The translations under genes were made by a program, and so were the position numbers. Of a stretch of 64,000 bases of DNA, positions 35,479-45,461 are shown piece after piece. Where the stretch lies: the sequence record SRR31156797_3690. The stretch is one strand, 5' to 3'. The notes below the pieces were generated by a model that ran no database searches, had not been told where the DNA came from, and saw only the letters and a list, made by a program, of their open reading frames with translations. The number at the start of each line of letters is the position of its first letter. Within the stretch, counting starts at the first letter, position 1.

Positions 35479-37418
35479 TTTCCTCCTCTTAACAATCTTT
35501 GATACAGTTCTTCTTGCGTTTGACTATTAACGATCCATTGAATTTCTTCGGCTGAGTTAAACAATCCGTAGATCGAAGCGATCAACTCTTTTGCCTCGAT
35601 CATGTTTTCTTCAGCAATCGCAAGCAAAACAATTAGTTGGATTTTTGTGTCTCCCCAAGTAATTGGCGCATCGAGGGTGAGAAAAGCAAGTTTTGTTTCT
35701 TTCACTGTATGTGGATCAGCATGTGGAATGGCTACTCCCGTCTTTAAGCCAGTGCTTCCTAGTTCCTCTCGTTCAAATAGAGAATGCTTAAATTTTGTTG
35801 TAACAAGCTTTTTTTTCAGATAATCATCTGCTAAAAAATCCAGTACATCTTTTTTTGTTCGAAACTTTTTTTTGACAAAAAGGAAAGTAGGATCTAAATA
35901 TTTTTGTAATAAAGTCGTTTTCTGGTATTTTTTTGAGTAAAAATTTTTCTCATTCTCATTAAGATTAGATATCTTTGCTGAGATTCTTCCTATTTCTTCG
36001 GTAGTAGGAAGCGGCGAAATATAAATAACTGGCGGTGCTGTAATGTCCAATGGAATAGTTGATATGATCAGATCAACAGCTTCAAGAGATGTACTGGCCA
36101 GTTTACTCAAAGGAATGATCTCCAATACGGTATCAGCAGCGATCGTCTGTTTGATACGGTTAAAAATCAACTCCGATGTAGCAAAACCTGATTGGCAAAC
36201 AATTAGTATATGGTTAGTAATTTTTATCTTTTCAAAGGCTAACTGAAAATGGATCGTCAGAAAAGAAACTTCGTCTTCTGTTAATAAGATTTGAAATCGC
36301 TCCTCTAAATCTCCAATTGCATATTTGGTCAATGTATACATTGTTGAGTATTGTTTTTTGATACTTTTTATCAGTGGGTTTTTCAATAAAATCCCTGTCT
36401 TTGATCGATGGATCATGGGAACGATATGAGCCAACAATGTTTGCAGCAATAATTTATCTTGTGTCAGATCTGCGTTTAACATATGTGACATTTTTTGAAT
36501 GATTTGTTTCGTACAATTTGTGATAGTAGATTCGTGAGGCTCATCCATTTGACCAAAAGGTTCGATGCCGTGTGCTAATAACAAGGAACATACATATTGA
36601 ATATCTGTATCACTAAATTGAACAGGTAGTTGCTGTTGGGTCATTTCAGAAAAATCAACCGCGATCATATAGAATTTCATTCGTCTAAGTTCGTCAAATA
36701 CTAGATGCTCTTGTTTTTCAATGTGTTTATCTATAAGAAGTCTTGAAAGAAAAATTCGCAATGAAAGCTTCAAGGATTCAATAGAATAATTATTGACTGG
36801 ATGGCCGATTGTTTGAGTCATGTCTGAGACAAATTTCTTCGTTAAATCGAGAACCTTAGAGTCAAAGAGATTGTTGACCAAAAGATTTTCACTGGCTTTG
36901 GCGTCGGTATACTTCTCTAAAAAAGATTTGAATACGTTTTGAGCAGCAGATTCAACTGAGGTTAGCTTGAGTCCGCTAGTAGTCATTTTTGTTGATACTT
37001 GATGGAATCGACAGAAAGCAACGATTTCATCAACATCTTTCTTTATTGACTGGTTGCTAATATAAAAATATTCAGAGAATTCCTGATAATGCATTGGTTT
37101 TACTGAAAACAGATAGTTAGCGAAAATAAAGATTTTACGATAATTAGGTGAAAATAGTTCGAGTTTAGTCTCTTTTTTTGCTAACAATCGATAACCATTC
37201 TGTTTTGCTGATTCAGAACCAGATAAAAAGATTCCTTTTCTTGGTACTTTTTTGATAGCTAGTCCCGAATCTTTTAGTTTCTTTTCTAAAGTCGTTAAAT
37301 TGTTATAAACCGTTTTTTGGGATACATTTAACTGCTTTTGAAAAAAAGAGGCAGGGCGAAACTCCGTTTGTTCTAATAGTAGTTGCAACAGTAGTTGTTC
37401 TCGATTATTTAAAATCAT
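35475..37418 (-). CDS. PRD-containing transcriptional activator (MtlR/ManR-like, HTH-PRD-EIIB-EIIA)
   Basis: N-terminal HTH, PRD LTIHF, EIIB CQSGFATS, EIIA REELGSTG/AIPH. Confidence 0.85.
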   Translation of the reverse strand: MILNNREQLLLQLLLEQTEFRPASFFQKQLNVSQKTVYNNLTTLEKKLKDSGLAIKKVPRKGIFLSGSESAKQNGYRLLAKKETKLELFSPNYRKIFIFANYLFSVKPMHYQEFSEYFYISNQSIKKDVDEIVAFCRFHQVSTKMTTSGLKLTSVESAAQNVFKSFLEKYTDAKASENLLVNNLFDSKVLDLTKKFVSDMTQTIGHPVNNYSIESLKLSLRIFLSRLLIDKHIEKQEHLVFDELRRMKFYMIAVDFSEMTQQQLPVQFSDTDIQYVCSLLLAHGIEPFGQMDEPHESTITNCTKQIIQKMSHMLNADLTQDKLLLQTLLAHIVPMIHRSKTGILLKNPLIKSIKKQYSTMYTLTKYAIGDLEERFQILLTEDEVSFLTIHFQLAFEKIKITNHILIVCQSGFATSELIFNRIKQTIAADTVLEIIPLSKLASTSLEAVDLIISTIPLDITAPPVIYISPLPTTEEIGRISAKISNLNENEKNFYSKKYQKTTLLQKYLDPTFLFVKKKFRTKKDVLDFLADDYLKKKLVTTKFKHSLFEREELGSTGLKTGVAIPHADPHTVKETKLAFLTLDAPITWGDTKIQLIVLLAIAEENMIEAKELIASIYGLFNSAEEIQWIVNSQTQEELYQRLLRGGN

Positions 37419-37430
37419 TGGTTCACCTCC

Positions 37431-37509
37431 GGAAGCGCTTCCTTAATTGTATTCTAGTGAAATTATGTGGTGGCGTAAATAACATTTCATTACCACATTA
37501 ATGTGGTAA
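37431..37509 (-). promoter_or_regulatory. Island promoter with cre and upstream palindromic operator
   Basis: Minus strand TTTACG(37479)-17 bp-TAGAAT(37456); GGAAGCGCTTCC at 37431-37442; perfect 20-bp palindrome TTACCACATTAATGTGGTAA at 37490-37509. Confidence 0.7.
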
Positions 37510-37973
37510 ATAGGCTCGTCGTGCATCAATTTATATTCTGAGCAACTTAAGGGAAGTAGTCACAGGTTGCTATTTCTTTGAAACGAAAATAAGGTGGCAA
37601 TTTTTGACTGATTTAAAGTTGCTTTGTTCGGTTACATTGAGTAAAGAATAATTAAAATAAAGAAGAATACTTAGAATAAGATATTTTATTAAGTAAGGAG
37701 AATAGACAAATTCAGCGAGTTTTCATTGAAAAGTATGTCGCTGAACTTCCTATCTAGTACATATACGATCGTTTTACTCTGATTGATCAGATATGAATCA
37801 GAATATAGCCCTTCTTTCATTGTAATTCTAAACAATTTCGGATTGTTTTTAACCCTCTTTTCCCGAAAATCATTAAAGTTTCTAAATTTTTTGTGAATGC
37901 TCGTGGACAATCCTTTCTTTTCTCCTCAAATATCACTATAATGGATAAAGATTCTACAGAAGAGAGTGTGGAC

Positions 37974-39158
37974 ATGGAAAATTCACGAATAAAAACGAAC
38001 GATAATCGAATTGATTACGGTGTGATTCTACCCGTATTTTTATTATGTCTGATTGGTGTGGCGTCCTTGTATGTGGCGTTGACCCACGATCCAAATAACC
38101 CGAATATGTTGCGAACGTTAGGGTTTCAAGCTTTATGGTATGTGCTAGGTATTATTGCGGTGATTATTATCATGCAGATCAAATCAAAATGGCTTTGGAA
38201 ATTGACTCCCTATATTTATGGAGCCGGATTAGCCGTCATGTTGGCGCTTTTGAAATTTTACGACCGGACAATGGCTGCCTCGACAGGGTCAAAAAACTGG
38301 TTCCGTTTTGGGGCCTTTACTCTCCAGCCGTCAGAGTTGATGAAGATCGCCTATATTATGATGTTGGCCTTAGTCGTCACACAGCACAATGTCAAGCATC
38401 GGGAACGAGATCTGAAAACAGATGGGTTGCTGATTGCGAAAATGTTGGCCGTCACGATTCCAGTACTGATCCTGATCACCTTGCAAAACGACTTTGGTAC
38501 GATGTTGGTCTTTCTGGCGATTTTCGGTGGGGTCTTCTTGATGTCGGGGATCTCTTGGCGAATCGTTGTGCCAGTGATTGCGGCATTCGTGATTCTCGGC
38601 GGCGGAACGATTTTCTTAGTGACTACCGATGTTGGTCGTGAGTTGCTGTACAATACAGGGATCTTTAAAGAGTACCAGTTTGCCCGTATCGATTCGTGGC
38701 TAGATCCTTTTCATGATACCCAAGGGCAATCCTTCCAATTGGCGTATGCTCTGATGGCGATCGCTTCTGGCGGGATGTTCGGGAAAGGATTTAATGTCAG
38801 CGATGTGTATGTACCGGTCCGAGAATCCGATATGATCTTTTCGGTGATCGGTGAGAATTTTGGGTTTATTGGCAGCGCGTTTGTCATTTTATTGTATTTT
38901 ATTTTGATCTACCGGATGATCCGGGTATGTTTCGATACCAACAATGAATTTTATGCCTACTTGGCAACTGGGATCATTATGATGATTCTCTTCCATGTGT
39001 TTGAAAACATTGGCGCAAACATCGGTCTCTTACCGTTGACGGGGATTCCACTGCCGTTTATCAGCCAAGGAGGATCTGCCCTATTAAGCAATATGATTGG
39101 GATCGGTTTGATTTTATCGATGCGCTATCAAGCTGAGACCGCACCAAAAACACTTTAA
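37974..39158 (+). CDS. rodA: SEDS family protein RodA/FtsW
   Basis: GSKNWF, QPSELMK, LQNDFGT, ESDMIF, GIPLPFISQGGS. Confidence 0.88.
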   Translation: MENSRIKTNDNRIDYGVILPVFLLCLIGVASLYVALTHDPNNPNMLRTLGFQALWYVLGIIAVIIIMQIKSKWLWKLTPYIYGAGLAVMLALLKFYDRTMAASTGSKNWFRFGAFTLQPSELMKIAYIMMLALVVTQHNVKHRERDLKTDGLLIAKMLAVTIPVLILITLQNDFGTMLVFLAIFGGVFLMSGISWRIVVPVIAAFVILGGGTIFLVTTDVGRELLYNTGIFKEYQFARIDSWLDPFHDTQGQSFQLAYALMAIASGGMFGKGFNVSDVYVPVRESDMIFSVIGENFGFIGSAFVILLYFILIYRMIRVCFDTNNEFYAYLATGIIMMILFHVFENIGANIGLLPLTGIPLPFISQGGSALLSNMIGIGLILSMRYQAETAPKTL

Positions 39159-39167
39159 GGAGTTCAC

Positions 39168-39545
39168 ATGATTACATTTTATTGGTACCCAAAATGCAGT
39201 ACATGCCGAAACGCGAAGCGTTGGTTAGAAGAGCACGAGATTCCCTTTGAAGCGATCGATATGGTGGCCACACCGCCTCAACCGGAACAATTGCTGGCTT
39301 GGATCCAATCAAGCGAAGCACCGTTAACCCGTTTCTTTAACACAAGCGGCATGAAATACCGTGAATTGCAATTAAAAGAAAAAGTGCCGACCATGACTGC
39401 CCAAGACGCAGCCGATGTGCTGGCAACCGATGGTATGTTGATCAAGCGCCCACTGCTGGTTAGCGGCGACCGCTTTTTGATTAATGGATTTAAAGAAAAT
39501 GAATATGAAGGAGTCTTACAAGAATCATGGAAAAGAAATGCTTAA
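39168..39545 (+). CDS. ArsC/Spx-family thioredoxin-fold protein (YusI-like)
   Basis: CSTC, FFNTSG, MLIKRP. Confidence 0.85.
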   Translation: MITFYWYPKCSTCRNAKRWLEEHEIPFEAIDMVATPPQPEQLLAWIQSSEAPLTRFFNTSGMKYRELQLKEKVPTMTAQDAADVLATDGMLIKRPLLVSGDRFLINGFKENEYEGVLQESWKRNA

Positions 39546-39865
39546 GAAAAAAAGATAATTTGTGGGTTTTGTTTAACGGGAAAGAATATTGTGTCGGTTT
39601 AACAAAAGAAGCGCAAGAAGAACTTGGTGCGGTCACGTTTGCTTCGATTCAAAAAGCAGGAACTGCTTTAAAACAAGGAGAGACCCTTGTTGAGCTGGAA
39701 GCGGAAAAAGCAGTCAGTGAATTTCCAAGTCCATTGACGGGCGTGATTTCTTCCGTAAATGAAAAAATCGATCAATCCATTGATACCTTAAATGATGAAG
39801 ACGAAATGAACGCTTGGCTTGTCAGCTTCAAAGAGGTTGACCCAAGTCAATTTGAAGCCTTGTAA
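39527..39865 (+). CDS. gcvH: Glycine cleavage H-like lipoyl carrier protein
   Basis: VGLT-x-x-AQ-x-x-LG, EAEKAVSE lipoyl-Lys motif, SPLTG. Confidence 0.8.
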   Translation: MEKKCLRKKDNLWVLFNGKEYCVGLTKEAQEELGAVTFASIQKAGTALKQGETLVELEAEKAVSEFPSPLTGVISSVNEKIDQSIDTLNDEDEMNAWLVSFKEVDPSQFEAL

Positions 39866-39902
39866 GTCAAATCTGTAAAAACGACTATTTTTTCAAAAAG
39901 AA

Positions 39903-39931
39903 TTGACAGTCGGATAAGACGTTGCTATAAT
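39903..39931 (+). promoter_or_regulatory. SigA promoter of the met T-box leader
   Basis: TTGACA-17 bp-TATAAT with extended TG. Confidence 0.85.
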
Positions 39932-39939
39932 TTGCTCAA

Positions 39940-40230
39940 TAAATGAATGCTTTGAAAAGAAGAGTACATGTTCTTAACGTACACAGAGAGCCCTGTTTGG
40001 TGCAAATGGGCAACGGAGAGAGGATGGAAGATGGTCTTTGAGCATGATAGGTGAGTGGAAACAAGCCTATCACGGGAGGCACCCGTTACAGTGCAGCAGT
40101 ATGCGAAGCAATTCAAGTACTGAGCGAGGCTGTTGATGCGAATCGACAGTAAATCAAGGTGGTAACGCGGAAGTTGTGCTTTCGTCCTTTGTAACAGTAT
40201 AATGTACAGAGGATGAGAGCTTTTTTTGTG
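39940..40230 (+). ncRNA. T-box riboswitch, Met specifier
   Basis: AGTA and AGAGA elements, specifier GAAG-ATG-G at 40031, T-box AAGGTGGTAACGCG near 40156, terminator GCTTTCGTCCT...AGGATGAGAGC plus T-tract; upstream of metN. Confidence 0.92.
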
Positions 40231-40263
40231 TTTAACCAACCAAAGAGGAAAGATGGGAATAAC

Positions 40264-41298
40264 ATGGCATTAATCGAATTGTCGCATGTAAAAAAGTCAT
40301 TCGGCAAAAAGCAAACGGCTGTCCACGCCGTCAATGATGTTTCACTGCAAGTGGAAAAAGGCGATATCTATGGAATCGTCGGCTACTCTGGTGCTGGGAA
40401 AAGTACATTAGTTCGTTTGTTGAACGGCTTAGAATTGCCGACAGCAGGAGATGTAGTCATTAACGGTCAAAATATTTTGGCGTTGAAAAACAAAGAATTG
40501 AGAAACTTCCGCAAAAAAATCGGCATGATTTTTCAGCACTTTAATCTATTATGGTCTCGAACGGTGGCGGAGAACATCGAATTGCCATTGGAGTTGGCTG
40601 GCGTTGAAAAAGCAAAACGACGTCAACGAGCGCAAGAGCTGATTAAATTAGTTGGGTTGGAAGGACGGGAAACTGCCTATCCGGCACAATTGTCTGGCGG
40701 GCAAAAGCAAAGAGTCGGGATTGCTCGTGCATTAGCGAATGAACCAGAAATTTTGCTGTGTGATGAAGCAACGAGTGCGTTAGATCCACAAACAACAGAA
40801 GAAGTGTTGGATCTCTTACTTTCCATCAATAAAAAATTGCATTTGACGATCGTGCTGATTACCCATGAAATGAACGTCATTCGTAAAATCTGCAACAAGG
40901 TCGCGGTGATGGAGCATGGGCAGATTGTTGAAGAAGGATCAGTACAATCGGTTTTCCGTAACCCGCAGCAAGAAGTGACCAAACGTTTTGTTCAGCAAGA
41001 TTTGGAACCAGAAGAAGATGTTGAAGAACTACGGCAAGCCTTCTTACGAGAAAATCCGCAAGGGCATTTAGTGACCTTGACATTCACACAAGACAACGCC
41101 AATGAACCAGTGATTTCACAAGCGATCCGCCGCTTTCAGATCGATGTCAATGTCGTTTACGGAAAGATCCAACAAACCAATGAAGGATCCTTCGGCGGCT
41201 TGACGGTCTTATTGACAGGTGAAGCAAGTGAGGTCGAAAAAGCGATCGCCTTTTTCAAAGAGCAGCAAGTGGGCGTGGAGGTGATTGAACGTGGATAA
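40264..41298 (+). CDS. metN: Methionine ABC transporter ATP-binding protein
   Basis: GYSGAGKS, LSGGQKQR, CDEATSALD, C-terminal NIL domain. Confidence 0.93.
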   Translation: MALIELSHVKKSFGKKQTAVHAVNDVSLQVEKGDIYGIVGYSGAGKSTLVRLLNGLELPTAGDVVINGQNILALKNKELRNFRKKIGMIFQHFNLLWSRTVAENIELPLELAGVEKAKRRQRAQELIKLVGLEGRETAYPAQLSGGQKQRVGIARALANEPEILLCDEATSALDPQTTEEVLDLLLSINKKLHLTIVLITHEMNVIRKICNKVAVMEHGQIVEEGSVQSVFRNPQQEVTKRFVQQDLEPEEDVEELRQAFLRENPQGHLVTLTFTQDNANEPVISQAIRRFQIDVNVVYGKIQQTNEGSFGGLTVLLTGEASEVEKAIAFFKEQQVGVEVIERG

Positions 41299-41977
41299 GT
41301 CATTTGTAGAAACCTATTTTAATTTTGAAAAAGTCGACTGGACCAACATGCAGCAAGCCACTCTGGACACTTTGTTTATGACTTTTTTCTCAATGGTTTT
41401 AGTGGTTGTGATCGGCTTGCTTCTAGGATTGGCGCTTTATTCACTAGGGCGGAAACAAACGGCGGGAGCCAACATTTTCTATAATGTGGTTTCCATCATC
41501 AGTAACGCTTTTCGTTCAACGCCATTCATGATTTTGATGGTCTTGATCATTCCGTTTACAACATTATTAGTCGGTTCGTTCCTAGGGGCAAAAGCGGCGA
41601 TCCCAGCATTAGTTTTATCGGCTGCGCCGTTTTATGCTCGGATGGTGGAAATTGCTTTTCGTGAAGTCAATCCTGGTGTGATTGAAGCCGCCGAAGCGAT
41701 GGGCGCCAGTTACTGGGAGATCATTTATAAGATCGTGATTCCAGAAAGTGTTCCGGCATTGATTTCAGGACTGACGGTCACAACGATCTCAATGATTGGC
41801 TATACCGCCATGGCAGGCGCGATCGGTGCCGGTGGGCTAGGCGCTTTGGCTTGGCAAGAAGGATTTCAACGTGGAAATTACACTGTTACGCTTGTTGCAA
41901 CAGTGATTATTTTAATTATCGTTTTCATTATCCAAGGGGTCGGCGATTTCCTTGCGAAGGCCACCGACAAACGGTAA
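41285..41977 (+). CDS. metI: Methionine ABC transporter permease
   Basis: FRSTPF, EAAEAMGA, GAGGLG. Confidence 0.9.
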   Translation: MNVDKSFVETYFNFEKVDWTNMQQATLDTLFMTFFSMVLVVVIGLLLGLALYSLGRKQTAGANIFYNVVSIISNAFRSTPFMILMVLIIPFTTLLVGSFLGAKAAIPALVLSAAPFYARMVEIAFREVNPGVIEAAEAMGASYWEIIYKIVIPESVPALISGLTVTTISMIGYTAMAGAIGAGGLGALAWQEGFQRGNYTVTLVATVIILIIVFIIQGVGDFLAKATDKR

Positions 41978-42021
41978 ATGAAACGAAGAACAAAAAGTGG
42001 AAAATATGGGAGGAAATGGAT

Positions 42022-42876
42022 ATGAAAAAGATTTTTGGTATTGCAACAACCTTATTGTTAACTGCCGCTTTAGCTGCTTGTGGAACGGGCTCAAATTCAG
42101 GAAGCTCTGATTCATCTGCGGCTGAGGGAGAATCAACAAAATTAGTGATCGGTGCATCGGTTACGCCTCATGCGGAAATTTTAGAACAAGCCAAACCTTT
42201 ACTAGCAGAAGAAGGCATTGATCTTGAAATCAAGACCTTCGATGATTATGTGTTGCCAAACAAAGCATTGGAAAATGGCGATATCGATGCCAATTACTTC
42301 CAACACATTCCTTACTTGAACAAACAAATCGCAGACAATGGCTATGACTTTGTTAATGCCGGTGCGATCCATATCGAGCCAATGGGTCTTTACTCAAAAC
42401 GAATCTCTGATATTTCAGAACTAGAAGATGGTGCAACGGTTCTTACTTCCACTTCTGAATCTGACTGGGGTCGTATCCTAACGATTTTACAAGATGCTGA
42501 CTTGATTACCTTAAAAGACGGCGTTGATACAGAAACGGCAACCTTTGATGATATTGCTGAAAATCCGAAAAACTTAGAATTTAAACATGACGTCGATCCA
42601 TCTCTTTTGGCGACTGCTTATCAAAACGACGAAGCAGACCTAATTGCCATCAATGCGAACTTCGCATTCGGGATCGATTTGAACCCAGCGGATGATTCTG
42701 TTTTATTAGAAGCGGATAATTCTCCTTATGTCAACGTGATCGCTGTCCGCAGTGGTGACGAAGATAGCGACAAAATCAAGAAATTGATTGAAGTGCTTCA
42801 TTCAGACGAAATCAAAGACTTTGTTGAAGAACAATGGCAAGGTTCAGTGAAAATCGTTGATGCTGACGCAAAATAA
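42022..42876 (+). CDS. metQ: Methionine ABC transporter lipoprotein (MetQ/NlpA)
   Basis: Lipobox LAAC; PHAEIL, DANYFQH. Confidence 0.9.
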   Translation: MKKIFGIATTLLLTAALAACGTGSNSGSSDSSAAEGESTKLVIGASVTPHAEILEQAKPLLAEEGIDLEIKTFDDYVLPNKALENGDIDANYFQHIPYLNKQIADNGYDFVNAGAIHIEPMGLYSKRISDISELEDGATVLTSTSESDWGRILTILQDADLITLKDGVDTETATFDDIAENPKNLEFKHDVDPSLLATAYQNDEADLIAINANFAFGIDLNPADDSVLLEADNSPYVNVIAVRSGDEDSDKIKKLIEVLHSDEIKDFVEEQWQGSVKIVDADAK

Positions 42877-42914
42877 TTCACTGATAGTAAAATGATTTTA
42901 ATAAGAGCGTACCG

Positions 42915-43967
42915 CTATTCAAGTGGGCGCTCTTTTTGTTGCGGAAAGGCAATGATGGGTTGGAAGAAAGAGACGTCTTGCCAAATGCATTCATAGAGTA
43001 AGGGCAACTCGGGATGCTTCTTTAAAAGTTTTTCGTAGTGGGGAAGCTGTGTCAAGAAAGCACGGACCAAGCGTTGTGAACGTTCAGATAAGCGAGGATT
43101 TAATGGCGGGTAGACAAATAAATTGCCCTCCAATAATGCCCCCAGCAGATGGGCTTGGAAAATTTTCGGCAAAAGAACCTCTAACGGCTGCTCGATTGGA
43201 TACTGCCTCAAAACTGGGGTGATGATTTGGCATAAGAGGCCAGATTCTTCTGCAGGTACATAGAAAGGCTCCAGTGTTAGAAGCTGTTTCCATAAAAACA
43301 AATAGCTGCGTTCACCGACTAAGTAGAAACTTGGAACAAAGTGTTTGGGAAAAACTTGTTGAGTAAACGTGATTGATGTGTTGGGATAAAAAGCAGTTTT
43401 CCGTAACTGATGGATTTGTGTCAGCTCCTGAAACGCTTGATTGGGGGAGATAAGCGCTGGGTTTGCTAAGAGGGTAAGGCGAAAAAGCACATAGCGCAGT
43501 TGTCGTTCGTTGCCAGTGATTAAAGGATAACTGCGGCGATCGATAGCTAGTTGATAAGGTGCTAAAAAGTTAGAAAAGGATGAAAAGCGCCGATGCAAAC
43601 TGGATGGGCTGAGATAATAGCGTTTGTAGAGATCTGCAAAGGAAATAGTCGGCATTTTTAACAAGAGCAAGAGTAGCTGATAATTTGCACTTTTAGTGAA
43701 TAATGCAGCAATCATTTCCATATGGGGGAGGGAGCAACTGGCTGATTGCTGCAAATGACGGTCTGCACGAATGTGCCCTTGTTGTACATCATAGTGGAAG
43801 AATGGGTCCTCGTTTAAATAGCTTGACAGCAGCCGACGGATCGTTTTGACAGAGATATTTTGGGCGGCAGCAGCTTTATTCAAAGGCAGGGGATTTTCGG
43901 TTAAAAGTGTTGTGGAGAGTCGCAGCATTTGCATAATATCTTTTTCAAGGATATTTTTCAACATCAT
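42915..43967 (-). CDS. Mga-like helix-turn-helix protein
   Basis: YYLSPSSLHRR second HTH and GNERQLRY motif typical of Mga-family proteins. Confidence 0.65.
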   Translation of the reverse strand: MMLKNILEKDIMQMLRLSTTLLTENPLPLNKAAAAQNISVKTIRRLLSSYLNEDPFFHYDVQQGHIRADRHLQQSASCSLPHMEMIAALFTKSANYQLLLLLLKMPTISFADLYKRYYLSPSSLHRRFSSFSNFLAPYQLAIDRRSYPLITGNERQLRYVLFRLTLLANPALISPNQAFQELTQIHQLRKTAFYPNTSITFTQQVFPKHFVPSFYLVGERSYLFLWKQLLTLEPFYVPAEESGLLCQIITPVLRQYPIEQPLEVLLPKIFQAHLLGALLEGNLFVYPPLNPRLSERSQRLVRAFLTQLPHYEKLLKKHPELPLLYECIWQDVSFFQPIIAFPQQKERPLE

Positions 43968-44210
43968 GCACCTCTTTCAGCTAAATTTTGCAACTGTCCT
44001 TATTATAAGGGAACTTCATTCGTTATTTTCACTCGCAAAAAATAGTCAATAAAACGTAATAAAAAACGATGTTTTTGTCGAGTATTTATTTGAAATTGCT
44101 GCTAGACAGAATTAAATGAAAGGAGGTATGCAAAAAAAAACCACCTTCTAAAATAAAAAGGGTGGTTTTTTATATAGGTGTCGTTATAAAAAGAGAATGG
44201 CGAATGGGCG

Positions 44211-44528
44211 TTAACGAGTCTCGCTAGGCAATAAAATCGTTTGCCGCTGCCCATCATCATACACATAGACTTTTTGGGGATACAGGTCGGAATACCGGTA
44301 AGGTAGATCAACACCAAGTTCGATTTGACTTTGTGCTTGAGAAAAAAGCAGGGTGACACGACCATGATTGTTTTGGACTTCAAAGGTGAGCAGATTTGTC
44401 AACGGAATAAACCCTTTTAAATCAAGATCGATGATCAACCAGATACTATCGATCAATTCGCTAGGTAGTGTTTGAACAATACCGCCAGAAGCGTAACGAC
44501 TGCGGTGATCATCAAATGTTTCAAACAT
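44211..44528 (-). CDS. DUF960 family protein
   Basis: RYASGGIVQTLP...IDSIW...YDDG...ILLPSE. Confidence 0.7.
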   Translation of the reverse strand: MFETFDDHRSRYASGGIVQTLPSELIDSIWLIIDLDLKGFIPLTNLLTFEVQNNHGRVTLLFSQAQSQIELGVDLPYRYSDLYPQKVYVYDDGQRQTILLPSETR

Positions 44529-44846
44529 AATAAACCCCTCCTTCAAGTAGGCTTGCCATTAACATCAAATTTGTCTATTTATCATAATGAAGAACCGTCA
44601 AAAATGCAACTACTTCTGCTTTTCTTTTTGGTCAGCGACGCATTTTAACTATTTTCTTAAAAATTTGTTGGGTTGGCTGGACCAAGCTTTCCCAAAGACG
44701 TCTTTCAATGGGAAATAGTCAGTTGCAGCATACCAGCTCTTCGTAAGAATGAAAAGGACTCTTGAAGGGAAATCCCTTCAAGAGTCCTACATTTCTTAGA
44801 AGTGTCTGTTGATTGAAGACGTGATCTTAAGAACGGTGTTCTATGA

Positions 44847-45461
44847 TTACTCTTCGTCTTCACCGATAACTGCTGGTTCAGCAGCTTCGCCGGCTTCTTC
44901 ATCTTCAGAGATTTCTTGTGGTTCAGTAACCGCAACGATTTGTTCTTCTGGATCGGTCACGATCGTGTACTCGTCGTTCTTAGGCAGATCAGCCACTGTT
45001 AATGAATCGCCGATCTCTAATGACGTCACATCGATCTCAACACGTTCAGGCAATTTGTCTGGTGTTGCTGATACAACGACTGTATACAAGTTTTGTGCTA
45101 GAACACCACCAGCTTTGACACCAGCAGATTCGCCAATTAAGGTTACTTCTGCTTCTACTTCTGTTTCTTCATTCATATCGACAGATAGGAATTCAACATG
45201 GGTTAAATTGCGTGTGAAGGTATCTGATTGATACTCTTTGATCAGTGTATTGACTTTTTTGCCTTCTAAACTGATCGTGATTACGGTATTCAATCCATTT
45301 TCACGCAAGATTTTTTCTAATTCTGCTGCATTGACAGCAATCGGTGTGCTTTCTACTTTGTACCCATTGACAATTGCAGGTACTTTTCCTTCGTGACGCA
45401 ACTTGTTCCGTAAAGAACGTGGGCGAACTTCTCTTTTCGTAACTTCTAATGATACTGACAT
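44847..45461 (-). CDS. rplY: 50S ribosomal protein L25 / general stress protein Ctc
   Basis: LRHEGKVPAI, HVEF, GVKAGG, acidic C-terminal tail. Confidence 0.92.
   Translation of the reverse strand: MSVSLEVTKREVRPRSLRNKLRHEGKVPAIVNGYKVESTPIAVNAAELEKILRENGLNTVITISLEGKKVNTLIKEYQSDTFTRNLTHVEFLSVDMNEETEVEAEVTLIGESAGVKAGGVLAQNLYTVVVSATPDKLPERVEIDVTSLEIGDSLTVADLPKNDEYTIVTDPEEQIVAVTEPQEISEDEEAGEAAEPAVIGEDEE

Noticed and set aside
31189-37890. Active prophage or ICE at tRNA-Thr
   Set aside because: No integrase, relaxase, transposase or phage genes; only metabolic cargo
37689-37910. 73-aa minus-strand ORF in the AT-rich spacer
   Set aside because: No convincing RBS or motif; overlaps the rodA promoter region
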